DNA of 63,862 nt, the filler included, from Sluysia triapertura (Eukaryota): assembly GCA_046118255.1 (NCBI GenBank). It is 4 parts of 4 records of this genome, joined end to end, with 100 filler letters (N's around TTAATTAATTAA, not from the genome) between each part and the next. Parts side by side here need not be neighbours in the genome. Positions count along the whole stretch, not along the records: positions 38,033 to 52,924 come from JBJNIA010245209.1; positions 53,025 to 63,862 come from JBJNIA010192839.1; 2 more parts are not named here. One strand, 5' to 3'. Each line of letters begins with the position of its first letter. The stretch's first letter is position 1. The notes under the pieces were generated by a model. It worked only from the letters and a program-made list of their open reading frames with translations. It was not told the origin of the DNA and ran no database searches. Of this stretch, positions 51,888 through 63,862 are shown one piece after another. Both the position numbers and the translations under genes were made by a program.

Positions 51888-52718
51888 TTTGTAAATAGTG
51901 GTACCAATTTTTGTTGTCTCTGGAATTGGAATAAAATATTCCGACTGACTATATCTAGGCTCATTGTCATTAATATCCGCTACTAGTAATTTAATATTTA
52001 ACTGTGCCACATCTTTGTTAGGAAAATTACTATTCCAACATTTCAAAATCATATCATATTTGTCTATTGTTTCACTGTCTAATGTTTTTTTCAATTTCAA
52101 AACCGGTTGTAAAGTATTTTTTTCAATATTTAATTCAAAATCACCACTATTATCAATTAATAAATAAGTCAAATTATTGTTAAAACTTGAAACATCTTTA
52201 TCGATTGCCTTTGGCAATTTAATTGTTCTGCCTACTTGATATAATACTTCTTTTACTGTTATAACAATAGAATCTGACTTAAAATATGGCACATTATCAT
52301 TTACATCATGAATTATTATTGAAATTTGACTAACTCCTTGCAGTTTGTCGTCAGACCAAATGTTAACCGATAAATTCATATAACCGAATTCATTTTTACA
52401 AAATTTAGGACACAATGTTTCTAAATCTATCAAAGTTTTGGTTTTAATAAATCCAGTTGATTCTTCTAACAAAAACCAATAATTTTTATCATCACTCAAA
52501 CTAAATTTCAATTTGTCAGACGATGTCATAAACCAAATCGGATTAGATATCTTTTTTATACTTTCAAATATATTACCAACTAATAAACCAGCAGGTTCGT
52601 TTTCTTTAATATTATAAGTGATAAAATTGTTATCGAAATTAGATTGTTTTACTAAACTTTCTATAATATGTGGTAATCCGAAAATAATCACAATTAAAAA
52701 TCCGTCAATTAAATACAT
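51888..52718 (-). CDS. Protocadherin-like gene, first coding exon (signal peptide, EC1, EC2, start of EC3)
   Basis: Hydrophobic N-terminus; IKENEPAG, IDLETLCPKFC, DVNDNVPYF, AIDKD, LDSE, DINDNEPRY. GTAAGT donor after ...TTIYK. Later exons not found. Confidence 0.92.
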
Positions 52719-52924
52719 TTGGAATAATTAAGTTTCATTATTTTTTCATTAATTTAAAAGTATAAATTTCATTAATAAATAGATCTTATTACACATTTTG
52801 ATTATTTATACTCTTTGTTTTGATTGGATTAAATTTAGCCAATAAATTTTGTATCAAATTTTATTTTGAGCTTTATTAAATACATAAATATATAATAATG
52901 TTATATTTGTATTGCAATTATTCA

Positions 52925-53024
52925 NNNNNNNNNNNNNNNNNNNNNNNNNNNNNNNNNNNNNNNNNNNNTTAATTAATTAANNNNNNNNNNNNNNNNNNNN
53001 NNNNNNNNNNNNNNNNNNNNNNNN
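52925..53024. other. Artificial contig spacer
   Basis: 44 N + TTAATTAATTAA + 44 N. Confidence 0.97.
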
Positions 53025-54110
53025 TTTTTTAAAATTATAATTAAAATCAAGATAAAATTCATTTGCCCCTAAAATCTTACTTATTATTGTTAAATTTGTT
53101 TGATAGTTTATATTCTCATCATTGTTAAACTTGTTTGATATTTTAAATTGTTTTTTGATATATTAAATTGATCCAGAGAATTCTTTTAGCATATTAATCT
53201 TGAATAAATTATTGACCTCCATTTTACTTTGTACGAAAAAATCCAACGGTTGGCCGTTTAGTCTGTAAGCCCAATACGTTGGTGGACTCACTTGTATTCT
53301 TAAGCTTTATTCTGTCTAATCTTTATATTACACACCTTTCTTGCATTATTATTATTATATTATAATTAAAAATTTTTAAAATACATTTTATTTACAAAAC
53401 TTAATTTTTAATACATATTATTTTCATTCTTAATCTCTATTATTTATAATTAATATATTATTTAAAATATTATTTACAACTTAAATATTATTAACACAAT
53501 TATTATTTACAGTAGATATTAATATCTTATAAATTAATATTAATTTACTATAAAATTTATTTGTTAGAATTATGGACTGGAAATTAGCTGAAATTAAAGT
53601 AAATTAAAATGCACCGAAGGATATCGAAAGTAATGTTTAAAATTGTAAATGATTTAAATTGAATCAATTTGAATCATTTTGTCAACTTATATTAGCAAAA
53701 TTATGAGTTCTACTTTGAGCCACTACATACACTACTTTTTGGAAATTGTTTCATTATAAAGTAAAATGAGCAGAACAATTTAAGAGTCTATTTTAAACAT
53801 TGATGTCATTCTTAAATTTGATAAATACTGTTAAAAATATGAGGTAAGTGCTACATGAAATCAATAATTTTCGTTCCGATATCCGTATTGGAATACGTAC
53901 TCTTGTTCAATAATGATGTAAAACGAATATGAATAATTTTACATTACATTTAAAACCGACTTAGAATATTTTATAAATATTAGAATTTAAAAACGAAGTC
54001 TCCAAGATTATTTTTAATGTCAATTGAATAGTGAAACAATTTTAGAAATATTAAATAGATTTAAATATATACCTGAATTATAAACAAAAATATAAATCAT
54101 AGCTTTAAAT

Positions 54111-56945
54111 TTAGTAGTGATATTTTTTGTCATTTAGATACTTTTTAATATCAGCCTCGTTATCAAAAATCCATTGATTGTTTTGTTTCAAATAAGACAC
54201 AATAAGATAACCAAAATCATTTTGAATAACCCATGATCGTTTAACCCAATTTAAATGTGAAAATGTTGAAATAAAATGCTCCATTAATGCTTCTGATATT
54301 GGAAAACGAGACGAATATACATATGAGTAATACAATATTCTTAACGCATTGTTAACATCAATTCTCATAAAATATCCCAAACTATTAGGATTGTTTAAAA
54401 TGATCGATAAAAACATTATTCGTATAGGTCCAGTAATACCTAATTGATTATCTCGAATACCATTAATATTATCAGCAGTTAATAAATTTTCTGGATCATC
54501 ACTACGTATGCGCATCATGCTATCTACTATCCATGGTACTTCAGAACAACCTAATGCATAATATTTAATATTTATACCATCCCATGTATCAAAGTATGTA
54601 TTATTTTTTATTTCAAGCCAATCGAACCCAGTTAAATCCGCCTTAACTATATTACACAGTATAATATGCATAAAATCGTAATCCGTTTCCAGCAATGTAT
54701 TGCTCTGAAATCGTTTATATACGACATCACTTATCTCATAACATATTTTTGTTTTTAATTTGCAAGCCAGATATATCAATTGTATTCTAGTTTCAATAGA
54801 TAATGAATTTATCAATGCAAAATTATTTTTAAATTCATAAATCAATCTAGTAAATGATGGTTGCAGTATATAGTTCAAATAATCATACCAATCCAAATAA
54901 AAACTACGAAATTGAAATAAACCATATAATTTATCGATTAATTTATATATTAAAAATAATATTTTTGAATCACGTTCGTTTTTTAATAAATTAAACAAAC
55001 TTAATATTTGAATTAAATTTTGTTTTTTAAATTTTATTGACATTTCATAAGTATCTTGAAGAATTTGATAACGATTTAATAACGGTATTAAACTAATATT
55101 TCTTTTTAATGTGTCAATTATATTTTGTAATGTGATATTATCATATTCTATTGCCACAAATAAAGTTGCATTTGGATTAAAAATTACAAGATCATTCGAT
55201 TGTTCTAAATTGATTTTATATTCTTTAAAACTATTTATATTTAATGACGATTGTTGATAATTAATTTTATTTTTAGTATAAATTAAATAATTCAATTTCA
55301 TTTTCCAAAACAATTTTTTACTATCATTTTGATTAGTAATATTTAAAAGATAATTTATTTCATATCGTTGTTGCTTAACAATTAATGTATTATTTATTTG
55401 TTGAATTGATAAAGTTGGATAGTTGTTTTGATTCAACCAATCACTGACCAAATTTTCTATCTCATTGTTATATAATTTAAGGACACCCCATAATTCATTT
55501 GTAGAAAATGATTTGTAACTGTACTTTTTGAGTAGATGAATCATTGATTCACGAAATTTAATCGTTCCTAAAATATTTTCAATCATGCTTACTACTAACG
55601 ATCCTTTTTTATATGATAAATAATCGAATTTATGAGACGGATTTGTACTAACTGGTGATCGAACATAATTATAAGTGCTGCTAAAGTAATCATCAACATT
55701 ACGAACAAATGAAGTAATTCGTAAATAATTGTTGCTGATATAATCGTTTTCTCCAATGATTTTCTGGGCAATTTTGTACGAATAGAATGTAGTGAAACCT
55801 TCATTCAACCATAAATCGTCCCACCAATAATTGGTTATCAAATTACCAAACCATTGATGAGCAATTTCATGACATATTATTAGCACACAAAATTGTTTCG
55901 AATAACTAAGAGGAACATCGTTAGACCATACTAATACCGGTTCGTGATAAGTAATCATACCATAATGCTCCATACCGAGAAATTTCTTTAAATTTGGTAT
56001 TGCAACACTGTCTAATTTTTTCAGCGGAAAATCAATACCAAATTCCTGTTCGAATAAATGCAATGCTTCAATTGTTACATTAAGTGCGTAATGAGTTTTA
56101 TCGATTTCAGAATTACGTGCCCAAATTCGAAAAGTTCGGCCTTTGTTGTCAATTTTTTCTATATATCCGTAAGGTAACATGGCAAATGCTAAGTTATATG
56201 TTGGCATTAATATAGATTGTTTAAAGTAAGATGTTTTCAATGATTTATCGTCTATGTATTCTTTATTAAGCTCCATATTACTTATAATATTGAATTTCGA
56301 ACTCGATCTAATAGTCAGTGTAAAACGAGACTTAAATTTCGGTTCATCAAAACATGGAAACACAAATCGTGTAGATTCGGGTTGCATTTGAGTAACAAGT
56401 AAATAATTGTTTTCCATAAATAAATTATTAGAATTCAAAACAGAAAATTGTCTCAATACCCAACCTGATTGGCCATTCAACGTAAAAGATGTACTAAAAC
56501 TGTTAATTTGAATCAAATATTTTTTGATTTTCAATTTTTGTTTTGTTTTTAATAAAATAACATCATTGGAAATAATCGATAAATAAAATTCAATGTTTTT
56601 ATTTGTAGTAAGATCAAACAATTTTATATTTTCTTTACTTAATTTGATTAATTCATTGGAATGAAAGAATATTCTATTTGTTTCATTCAATACTTCTACA
56701 GTAATGTTTACGTGACCCGTGACAAATGATTGATGCTGTAATTTGTCGTTATTTAACTCAATATCCAAGAAAACAACATAATCCAATGGATATACTGAAT
56801 CTGGTAATCGAAACATCGGTTTTAAAGATTGATTATAATAATAATCATCATAAAGTTCACTGAGATTAACATAATAATCCTTAAATAAAGAATGAATTAT
56901 GTAGAAATAATTAAAACAAATAAAAACAACGAATATTTTTCTCAT
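54111..56945 (-). CDS. M1 family zinc aminopeptidase (aminopeptidase N-like), single exon, 944 aa
   Basis: N-terminal signal/anchor, RLPDSVYPLDY, TQMQPESTRFVFPCFDEP, LGMEHYG, HEIAHQWFGNL..WWDDLWLNEGF (HEXXH-x18-E), SYKKG with the catalytic Tyr. Confidence 0.95.
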   Translation of the reverse strand: MRKIFVVFICFNYFYIIHSLFKDYYVNLSELYDDYYYNQSLKPMFRLPDSVYPLDYVVFLDIELNNDKLQHQSFVTGHVNITVEVLNETNRIFFHSNELIKLSKENIKLFDLTTNKNIEFYLSIISNDVILLKTKQKLKIKKYLIQINSFSTSFTLNGQSGWVLRQFSVLNSNNLFMENNYLLVTQMQPESTRFVFPCFDEPKFKSRFTLTIRSSSKFNIISNMELNKEYIDDKSLKTSYFKQSILMPTYNLAFAMLPYGYIEKIDNKGRTFRIWARNSEIDKTHYALNVTIEALHLFEQEFGIDFPLKKLDSVAIPNLKKFLGMEHYGMITYHEPVLVWSNDVPLSYSKQFCVLIICHEIAHQWFGNLITNYWWDDLWLNEGFTTFYSYKIAQKIIGENDYISNNYLRITSFVRNVDDYFSSTYNYVRSPVSTNPSHKFDYLSYKKGSLVVSMIENILGTIKFRESMIHLLKKYSYKSFSTNELWGVLKLYNNEIENLVSDWLNQNNYPTLSIQQINNTLIVKQQRYEINYLLNITNQNDSKKLFWKMKLNYLIYTKNKINYQQSSLNINSFKEYKINLEQSNDLVIFNPNATLFVAIEYDNITLQNIIDTLKRNISLIPLLNRYQILQDTYEMSIKFKKQNLIQILSLFNLLKNERDSKILFLIYKLIDKLYGLFQFRSFYLDWYDYLNYILQPSFTRLIYEFKNNFALINSLSIETRIQLIYLACKLKTKICYEISDVVYKRFQSNTLLETDYDFMHIILCNIVKADLTGFDWLEIKNNTYFDTWDGINIKYYALGCSEVPWIVDSMMRIRSDDPENLLTADNINGIRDNQLGITGPIRIMFLSIILNNPNSLGYFMRIDVNNALRILYYSYVYSSRFPISEALMEHFISTFSHLNWVKRSWVIQNDFGYLIVSYLKQNNQWIFDNEADIKKYLNDKKYHY

Positions 56946-57490
56946 AATAGTAGAAAAAATAGAATAGAAATGTACACGATTGTGTATTTATTTTATTGAA
57001 ACCACGGATAAACATCCGGTCAGACTTTTAATCATATTATCAACTGAAAGGAAGTAAACAGTAACATATCATGAATGTAGTGTATTTCATTGATTTAGAA
57101 AAACATTTGCGATAATTAACAAGTAATTGATTTATTAAACAAACTTTGATCTGATTTGAGATTTTTTGGTATTATTTTAATTTTTCTTATTACATTTTCA
57201 CATTGTAATGCTTTAAGCGAGGTATTCATTGTTGGTACTGAAAAAAAACGATTAAAATCTTGAAATAATAGGTTTATTTAAATAATGCATACATAAAAAT
57301 TAGGTTCTAAATCATAAAATACTCTATTAAAAGAGAAAATAATAAAAATAATGAATATCTTTATTTAAATATATAACTTGTTCAAATTTGCAAATGTAAG
57401 GCATTGTATTATTGATTAATTTTTATTGCTTATTCTTCTAGTCCAATATTCATTGGTGTGTATTTTATAAATAAAAATAGCATTCGTCTA

Positions 57491-58538
57491 TAATTGTGAC
57501 CCAAAAGTAACCAAACCACAAACTTAAATAAGAAGACATGTAATTTACTATTCATTTATTTCTGCGAATAGTAGTCTTTTGTTCTGTGATATTATTGATT
57601 TTGTTCTGACGTTATTGCTTGATTTTTGTTCAGCGTACGCTTTTGGATCCTCATTCTTAAAGATTCAGTGAAGGACTTTAGATTTCGTTATTAAGAATTA
57701 CTATGCAAGGACTAGCTACAAGCATGTTGAAGAAAGAAGGGAAGCAAACTTCAGAATACTGAGTAATTCGACAATGTTCAATCTCGTATCAAAATTTGAA
57801 GTAACTTCGTTCATCTGAAAACAGGGACATAGTGGCAGCTGCATTTGTTCATTCTCCTAAAAAATCTATTCGTCAGGCATCGAAAGAGCTGAACATTTCT
57901 TGAACCTTACTCCGCTGTTACTTGGTCTAAAACCATAAAAACATCATCTTCTTCATGCTTTAAATGAGAATGACCCGGATAAACGATTAGAATGTTGTAC
58001 AATTTTGTGAAGAATCACCAGATTTTCCATATTGAATCGTATGGAGTGATGAAGCTTGCTTCAAACTGAATGGGTGTGTTAACAATCACAATTGTCATTG
58101 TCTGGGTCCATTCTTCTTTGAAGGAACTGTTATTGGTGAATGTTACCTTGATATGATGAAGACTAAAGTGTTTTCTGTTGTTAATGAGTTCGGTGATCTT
58201 CATTTTCAACAAGATGGAGCATCTGCACACAACACCAAAGATGTTCGCCAATGGCTTGATGAAAAATTTCGTGGACATTGGATTGGGCGCGAATAACACC
58301 ACCATATGCGGAATTCTAAAGAACGCAGATTATGCTAAAAATCCTAGGACATTTGATCAACTAAATCAAAGTATTATGCATGAATGGAACCAAATTTCAG
58401 AGGAAACTTGCCATAAAGTATGTCGTGCTTGTTCAAGATGGACATTTTGAACACATTTGTAAATACTAAATATACCTATTAAATTTGTCGTTTTTGATAT
58501 CTAATTTTTATTTAAGTTTGCGGTTCGGTTACTTTCGG
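57491..58538 (+). mobile_element. Decayed Tc1/mariner transposon (rosa/DD41D-like) with both TIRs
   Basis: TIRs AAAGTAACCAAACCACAAACTTAAATAA / TTATTTAAGTTTGCGGTTCGGTTACTTT. Peptides SPKKSIRQASKELNIS, IVWSDEACFKLNGCVNNHNC, GPFFFEGTV, FQQDGASAH, WIGR. The segment with the third catalytic Asp is deleted. Confidence 0.92.
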
Positions 58539-59537
58539 TAGAATTAAGTAAAAATCAAAATCAAATCATGGGGATATCATGTAACACATTTGAATCAAGT
58601 TTATAAGAAAATATAAGGTCACGGTCTTAAAAAGTGTAATTTCTTGGGAGATAAACATCCACTTAATTAAATAAATACTAGTAAATAGAAATTATTCTGC
58701 TTTTTCGTCGTGAAAATACTAAACCATACATATTTCAAAGTAACTGACAGAAAAATTTACCTTATCAGTTCTTATTAACGAATTTTACAATTTAATTAAA
58801 TGTCTTAATGATCTATAATTATCAAACGATTCCTATATTCTAATGTAAACATTATTTCTATAAAATTAATTATTTCCTGAAAAGATTTACTTTGGAATGT
58901 CAATATTTATCTAATTTGTTAATTAAGGTATTATAAATCTGTACTATGATTTTTGGTATGTAAATCTCAAAAACACTTTGATCAGATAGCTTATAAATGA
59001 AAATACAATGGAAATGTTTTTCTATTCAATGTGTATGTGACTGAAAAAATTACATAAAAGCTGTAGATAAATAGATAAAATAGAAATACTTATATTTCTT
59101 AGATTGGAAAATTAAAAAAAATTTTGTACTAAAAAATAAATTGTTGGAAAATATTTCATAAAACTTAGAAAAATTATTAAGAGAAAAAATAAAAGTACAC
59201 AAAATATATTCATTTATGTTTATTTTGTTTTCATTTTTATAAGTGAAATAAAATAAAATTTTGTTTTTTATTACTTTAATTTATATATAGTATTTGGAAC
59301 TTCAATGGGGTGCATAAAGTTATTTATTTTCGACTATCTTTTTATTACAACTATAAATATTGGGAATGTTTAGATTCAAACATGTCGGATAACTTTTATT
59401 TCGGATAAATTCTATTATAAATTATATAGTTAGTACTTTTGTGTTGATTGTATTATCATGCGTTTATTTTATTCATTTTTCATTTCTATTTTAAGAAAAT
59501 TCGATCGTCCAATGAATGACCTCAAATTTCTAAATAT

Positions 59538-60119
59538 ATTATTTTGGTGCATAAATTCGTGTATTTGTTGCAAACACACCAACTTCTTGCTTTAACTGAT
59601 TTGAGTTATATTCAATCAACTGATTATCTATTTAAATCATTTTAAACTAACTTTCATTTTCATTACTCTCATTAAAATGAACACTTCCGAACTTTATAGT
59701 AAACAACTCAAGCGAGTAAACGCTGCAATCAAAACGAAGAGGACCAATAAGAAGCAGATAATTTTACAGCATGACAATGCTCTGATTGGAAGTTCTTCTC
59801 CAACCCCATATTTTCATCTTTTACGATCAGTTTCGAACCATCTTTCTGGTCTCACATTTGAAAACGAAGAAGCAATCACAACGTGGAATGAAGAATTTTT
59901 AGACCAAAACTCACGAAGCTTCTTAAACGTGGGATTGACAAACTACCAGAACAGTGGAAGAAAGTGGAGAATATCTTACCGATTCAGACTGAGATATTTG
60001 TTTATTTAATGATTTAATGAATTCATTTTTTTATCTGGAATTTTTTGCATGGTTTTTATTCTTGATCATTATGCATTTTTCATAATTGTAAAAAACCGCA
60101 CAACTTATGCGCATAATGT
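59538..60119 (+). mobile_element. Decayed mariner (DD34D) element
   Basis: YSKQLKRV...IILQHDNA...YFHLLRSVSNHLSGLTF, RGIDKLPEQWKKV. Imperfect TIRs G.GCATAA.TT / AACTTATGCGC. Confidence 0.85.
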
Positions 60120-60654
60120 AGTTTATTAATAAACATGTGAAGAAATTTTCAATATTATAAACTAGCCCGCACAGAATGTGGTAAGCAAACACGATAGAGT
60201 TTTCTAAAATTTTCATGTTTTATCTCTTTCTTAATTTTAATTTAATTGTTTTCCACAAATCTGTAAGAAAATTTACAGAGCAAAAGACCTACAAATTTTT
60301 TAAACTGCAAAATGTTTAGAAAAAATCCTCCAAATTTGCCAAATGCTTTGTAACTTGCATGACAGAATAAAGCGTATAAAAAAATAAGTAACTAAATCGA
60401 CTGAATTTCCTGGAAAATGATTTGGAAAAAATGGACCACTATTTTTGGTTGCCAGATTACCTGATGTCTCAATTCCTGATTTTGATCACTTGAAGACAAA
60501 AGTAATTTCTATAATCACGAAAATACACATCACCAGAAATGCATGAAAATATGACCTGTTAATTAATAATTTTACAAATCTTTAACGGGCAAACATCACT
60601 GCACAAAAATAATGTGCAGTAAAATTATAGATGCAGTATATTTTACAAATGATA

Positions 60655-60934
60655 GCCCGATCCATTTTTCAAAATTTGAAATTTTCGGCGAGCCGCAATT
60701 AAATATGTATTAAAAAAGTATGCAAAAAAAGTATTGAAACAATCTTTTCGATGAGAAATATCATTCTTAACTTGGACGGAAATGAAATTTGTTGTCAGTA
60801 ATTTAAAAGACATTTTGAAACACATAATTTTTTAAAATATAATAACACAAAAAATGAAAATGGAACTCGGGTACATTTATCGAGATCCTGCAAAGAGGCT
60901 CATTTGGCTCGCGAGTTACAGTTTGGCCAACCCG
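60655..60934. mobile_element. Probable hAT-type MITE remnant
   Basis: GGCGAGCCGCA near the left end and GGCTCGCGAGTTACAGTTTGGCCAACCC at the right end, resembling Charlie/Buster-like subtermini. Confidence 0.4.
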
Positions 60935-61484
60935 GGTATGTAGGTCATAAATATTTTAATAAAAATATATTAAACTTGAATTTTTTAAAAAAATTTGTAC
61001 TTTCATTTAAGAACTTAAAGTTATCGTAAATAATGTATAACACATGTGTGATTATCGATTAATTCGTTCGTAAAAAATCAACCATAAATACTTTAAAAAT
61101 AACATTTATTTACTACAATTTTTATTGTTATCAACTTTTAATAAAGTATAAAATAAAGTATACACTAAAATTTTTTATACTTTAATATTTAAAATCAATT
61201 TCACATTGACTACTTTAATCTATTTTTAGTACACAAATACTTAATAAATGATGCTTAAATTGTTGTCGGTTTTTAATAGTATAGCGTAAGAATTTTTTAC
61301 ATTATTTTCAAAAAAGGGCAGTAAATCAATAACAATTAAAACTAACCCGTGAGCTGCAAATGGTTTACAAATATCTACTCCAAATGCTAAGTGATTTAAG
61401 CTACGGAAACGAAGTATGTATTCAACATAAAAGAATAATAAACATATTGCTATTGTTGGCATACAAATACCACGTTCTGAATAC

Positions 61485-61497
61485 AATAATAGTAGTA

Positions 61498-61550
<53 letters not shown>
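61485..61550. repeat. (AAT)n microsatellite with some AGT units
   Basis: Directly visible. It produces the spurious poly-Leu and poly-Ile ORFs. Confidence 0.95.
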
Positions 61551-61551
<1 letters not shown>

Positions 61552-61721
61552 CAATAAATATTTTATTAATCAATTTTAAAGTGCAAAACTATTTATGAAT
61601 CGATAATGTAATATGATAAAGAAAACTTATTTTAATAATCATGAAAATAAATAGTTCGAAAATCGAGATCATTTAAACATAGATTGATTTGATAATTATT
61701 TTCATAATAAATAAAACTAAA

Positions 61722-62772
61722 GTCAGTTTGACAAGGATGAAATTTGTAGTTTAACATATCATTTGCCAACTTTAACATATCATTATCTGACAATGGATTA
61801 ATATTTTCTCGTCTGTTTCTTTGTTGTCAAGTTTTATATATCTCGTCTGTTTAAATGAATCATTGTAAAAACTAAAAATATTAAAACTTTTTTAAAAAGT
61901 AATTTCATTAAAAATGGGACAGTCAGAAATTCGCATTATTATGAAGTAAGAGTTCTTACGAGGAACTGCGACATCACAAGCCATGCGAAACATTAATAAC
62001 GTATTGAGGTGTACTGTTCTACACATTCGGTACAAGTAAATTGCCAATTTCGCCCAGAATCAAAGGTCAACAATAACGAACTAAAGGTCACCATCGTGTC
62101 TGGCCAATCTCAGACTGCCTTTAGTTTTAGCAAATAAATTTATATTAATTCATTAAATCGATAAATTGAAAATGTTCCACGTGAACAGAAACAAAAGCGT
62201 TTGGGAGCTTTCTTGATATTGCTTTCTCGTCACTAATCTGATTCATTTTTTTATCGAATGAGAAATTGATTCAATGTGACAATCGCATATGTTGATTTGA
62301 TAAGGACGAATCGCCAAAACACATCCCAAAATGCTGATAGTGAGTGTGTTAGGTGGTCCAGTGCATGAAACTTGCCTCGACGATTCCAGCAGAAACAGTG
62401 CAATCAACTGGAGGAAAAGGTGCAAACCCTTAAAGAAAAACAACCTAAATTGGTCAAGAGATGACACTAGACCACACAATGCAAAAACGACTGTAGCGTA
62501 ACTATAATAATTGAAATGGGAACTTCTTCTTTATCCTCTATACTCACCTCACTGACTACCACTTATTTCGCAATTTAGACAACTTTTTAATGGGAAAATC
62601 ACTTAATTTCGACAATGCTTTAAAACAGACCTTCCAAAAATTTATTAACTCTCGTCCGCCAACTTACTGCTTAAATATGGGTACATAATTTGATGAATAA
62701 TACAATTCCTTATATTTGTGTGTTATCAAGAAACTCTACTTTTTCTATAAATTTCATCTTTGACCACCTGAT
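61722..62772 (+). mobile_element. Near-full-span decayed mariner (DD34D) element
   Basis: TIRs GTCAGTTTGACAAGGATGAAATTT / AAATTTCATCTTTGACCACCTGAT. MGQSEIRIIMK*EFLRG...AMRNINNV, DDTRPH, WELLLYPLYSP, TDYHLFRNLDNFL. Confidence 0.9.
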
Positions 62773-63035
62773 AATATATTATTAATGCTTTAATGTTGCG
62801 ATGTTTGTAATTTTATTTCAACATAGAAAGACAACCCTTACATTAAAGTTTCTGGATTTCAATTTTTTAATGTTTTATACAATTAACGTTATGCTTAGAA
62901 ATAATGTAATTTGTCAAGATACAAGTACGAACCACAAACAATTATCTATTCTTCAAAATATTAAAACCTAGTATTGTCAATAATAAGTTCCAATAAAAAA
63001 TTGTACAACTGCCTAATAAAAATAAATTATTACTC

Positions 63036-63109
63036 AACAGTGGTAGCTCAGTGGTTGGACCATTGAAATGAGGATCGAGACGTCCTAAGTTCGAATCCCA
63101 GAAAGTCCA
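63036..63109 (+). repeat. Third, more decayed tRNA-like copy
   Basis: A box TAGCTCAGTGG, CGAGA.GTCCT, B box GTTCGAATCC and 3' AGTCCA, as at 11418. Confidence 0.6.
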
Positions 63110-63862
63110 GTATCTCAAATCGAATTGTACAATAAATTTTAATAAGAAAGGAAGTCTATTCCTGTGGCATTATCAATATAAATGTTCCACTAGTGGTAAA
63201 TCATTCAAAATAATATTTGAATAAAACTTAGAAGTAATGATAATGAATTAAAATTAAAGAAAATATTTACATTGTGAATTGAAAAGTAAATAGGTGTTCA
63301 AATTAGTTTTGAAAAATCCAGACAGTAAAGTCATTTATATCCCGAAAGACAGTAAAGTCATTTATTAGTTTGCTCACATAATTGGAATTCATTCCAATTT
63401 TATTTAAAATTAATTTAATTTAACTCGATTTAATTCCGAATATAAATTTATATCAATTTAATATATATAAAATATATATTTCATAGTTGTTATATTTATA
63501 TTGTATTTATTAAATTCTGTAAATATATTCAATATAAAACTGGATACTGCAATTTTTCGAATATAAATTGGATATCTGGATTAATCTTTCATTTTAACCT
63601 ATTCGTAAAGGTAAATTAGACTAAAGCATTGTAAGGTTTTACAAGATTGAACATTGTATTTTATTTATTAGCCTAAATTTACTCTGATGGTTTCCTATGT
63701 ACAATAATATTGATATTACCATTATTCTATACATAATTAACCAATTAAATTGAAACTGTGTTAAACTCGACAACAATAGTCGAATAGAGCCAAAAGTCGA
63801 GTAACTACTTATTTAACATGCTGTAATAATGATTACATGTTTTGGTTTCATAATATCAACTT

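Noticed and set aside
58015-58450. ORFs 58015-58305 (-) and 58178-58450 (+) as novel proteins
   Set aside because: They are antisense or off-frame readings of the decayed transposase. The same applies to 13910-14119, 31070-31282, 35650-35847, 51964-52167, 55595-55804 and 62243-62479, which overlap transposons or host genes.
61241-61573. ORFs with poly-Leu or poly-Ile resembling signal peptides
   Set aside because: They are translations of an (AAT)n microsatellite.
1-63862. CRISPR array, operon or other prokaryotic system
   Set aside because: No regularly spaced repeat-spacer array. The genes have spliceosomal introns and the TEs are of animal type.

Overview
A very AT-rich, repeat-dense eukaryotic (animal) genomic window. 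A planarian flatworm is the best guess, inferred from the AT richness, (AAT)n tracts, a protocadherin, kb-sized introns and many Tc1/mariner relics. The window is four contigs joined by artificial 100-bp spacers (44 N + TTAATTAATTAA + 44 N), so adjacency across the gaps is unreliable. Host genes, all on the minus strand: exons 1-4 of glycine dehydrogenase (GLDC, glycine cleavage P protein), the first coding exon of a protocadherin, and an intronless 944-aa M1 aminopeptidase N-like gene with an atypical exopeptidase motif. The rest is mostly decayed transposons (Gypsy, Tc1, mariner, rosa/DD41D-like, pogo, piggyBac, hAT, MULE). Most notable is a dispersed 0.6-0.85 kb non-coding repeat family that carries a CCAAT box followed by 4-6 alternating nGAAn/nTTCn pentamers (canonical heat-shock elements) and ends in a hairpin. 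Also notable are tRNA-like sequences that lie inside a larger ORF-bearing repeat, and a 228-aa orphan ORF nested in a GLDC intron. All alignments were done by eye and boundaries of decayed elements are approximate.
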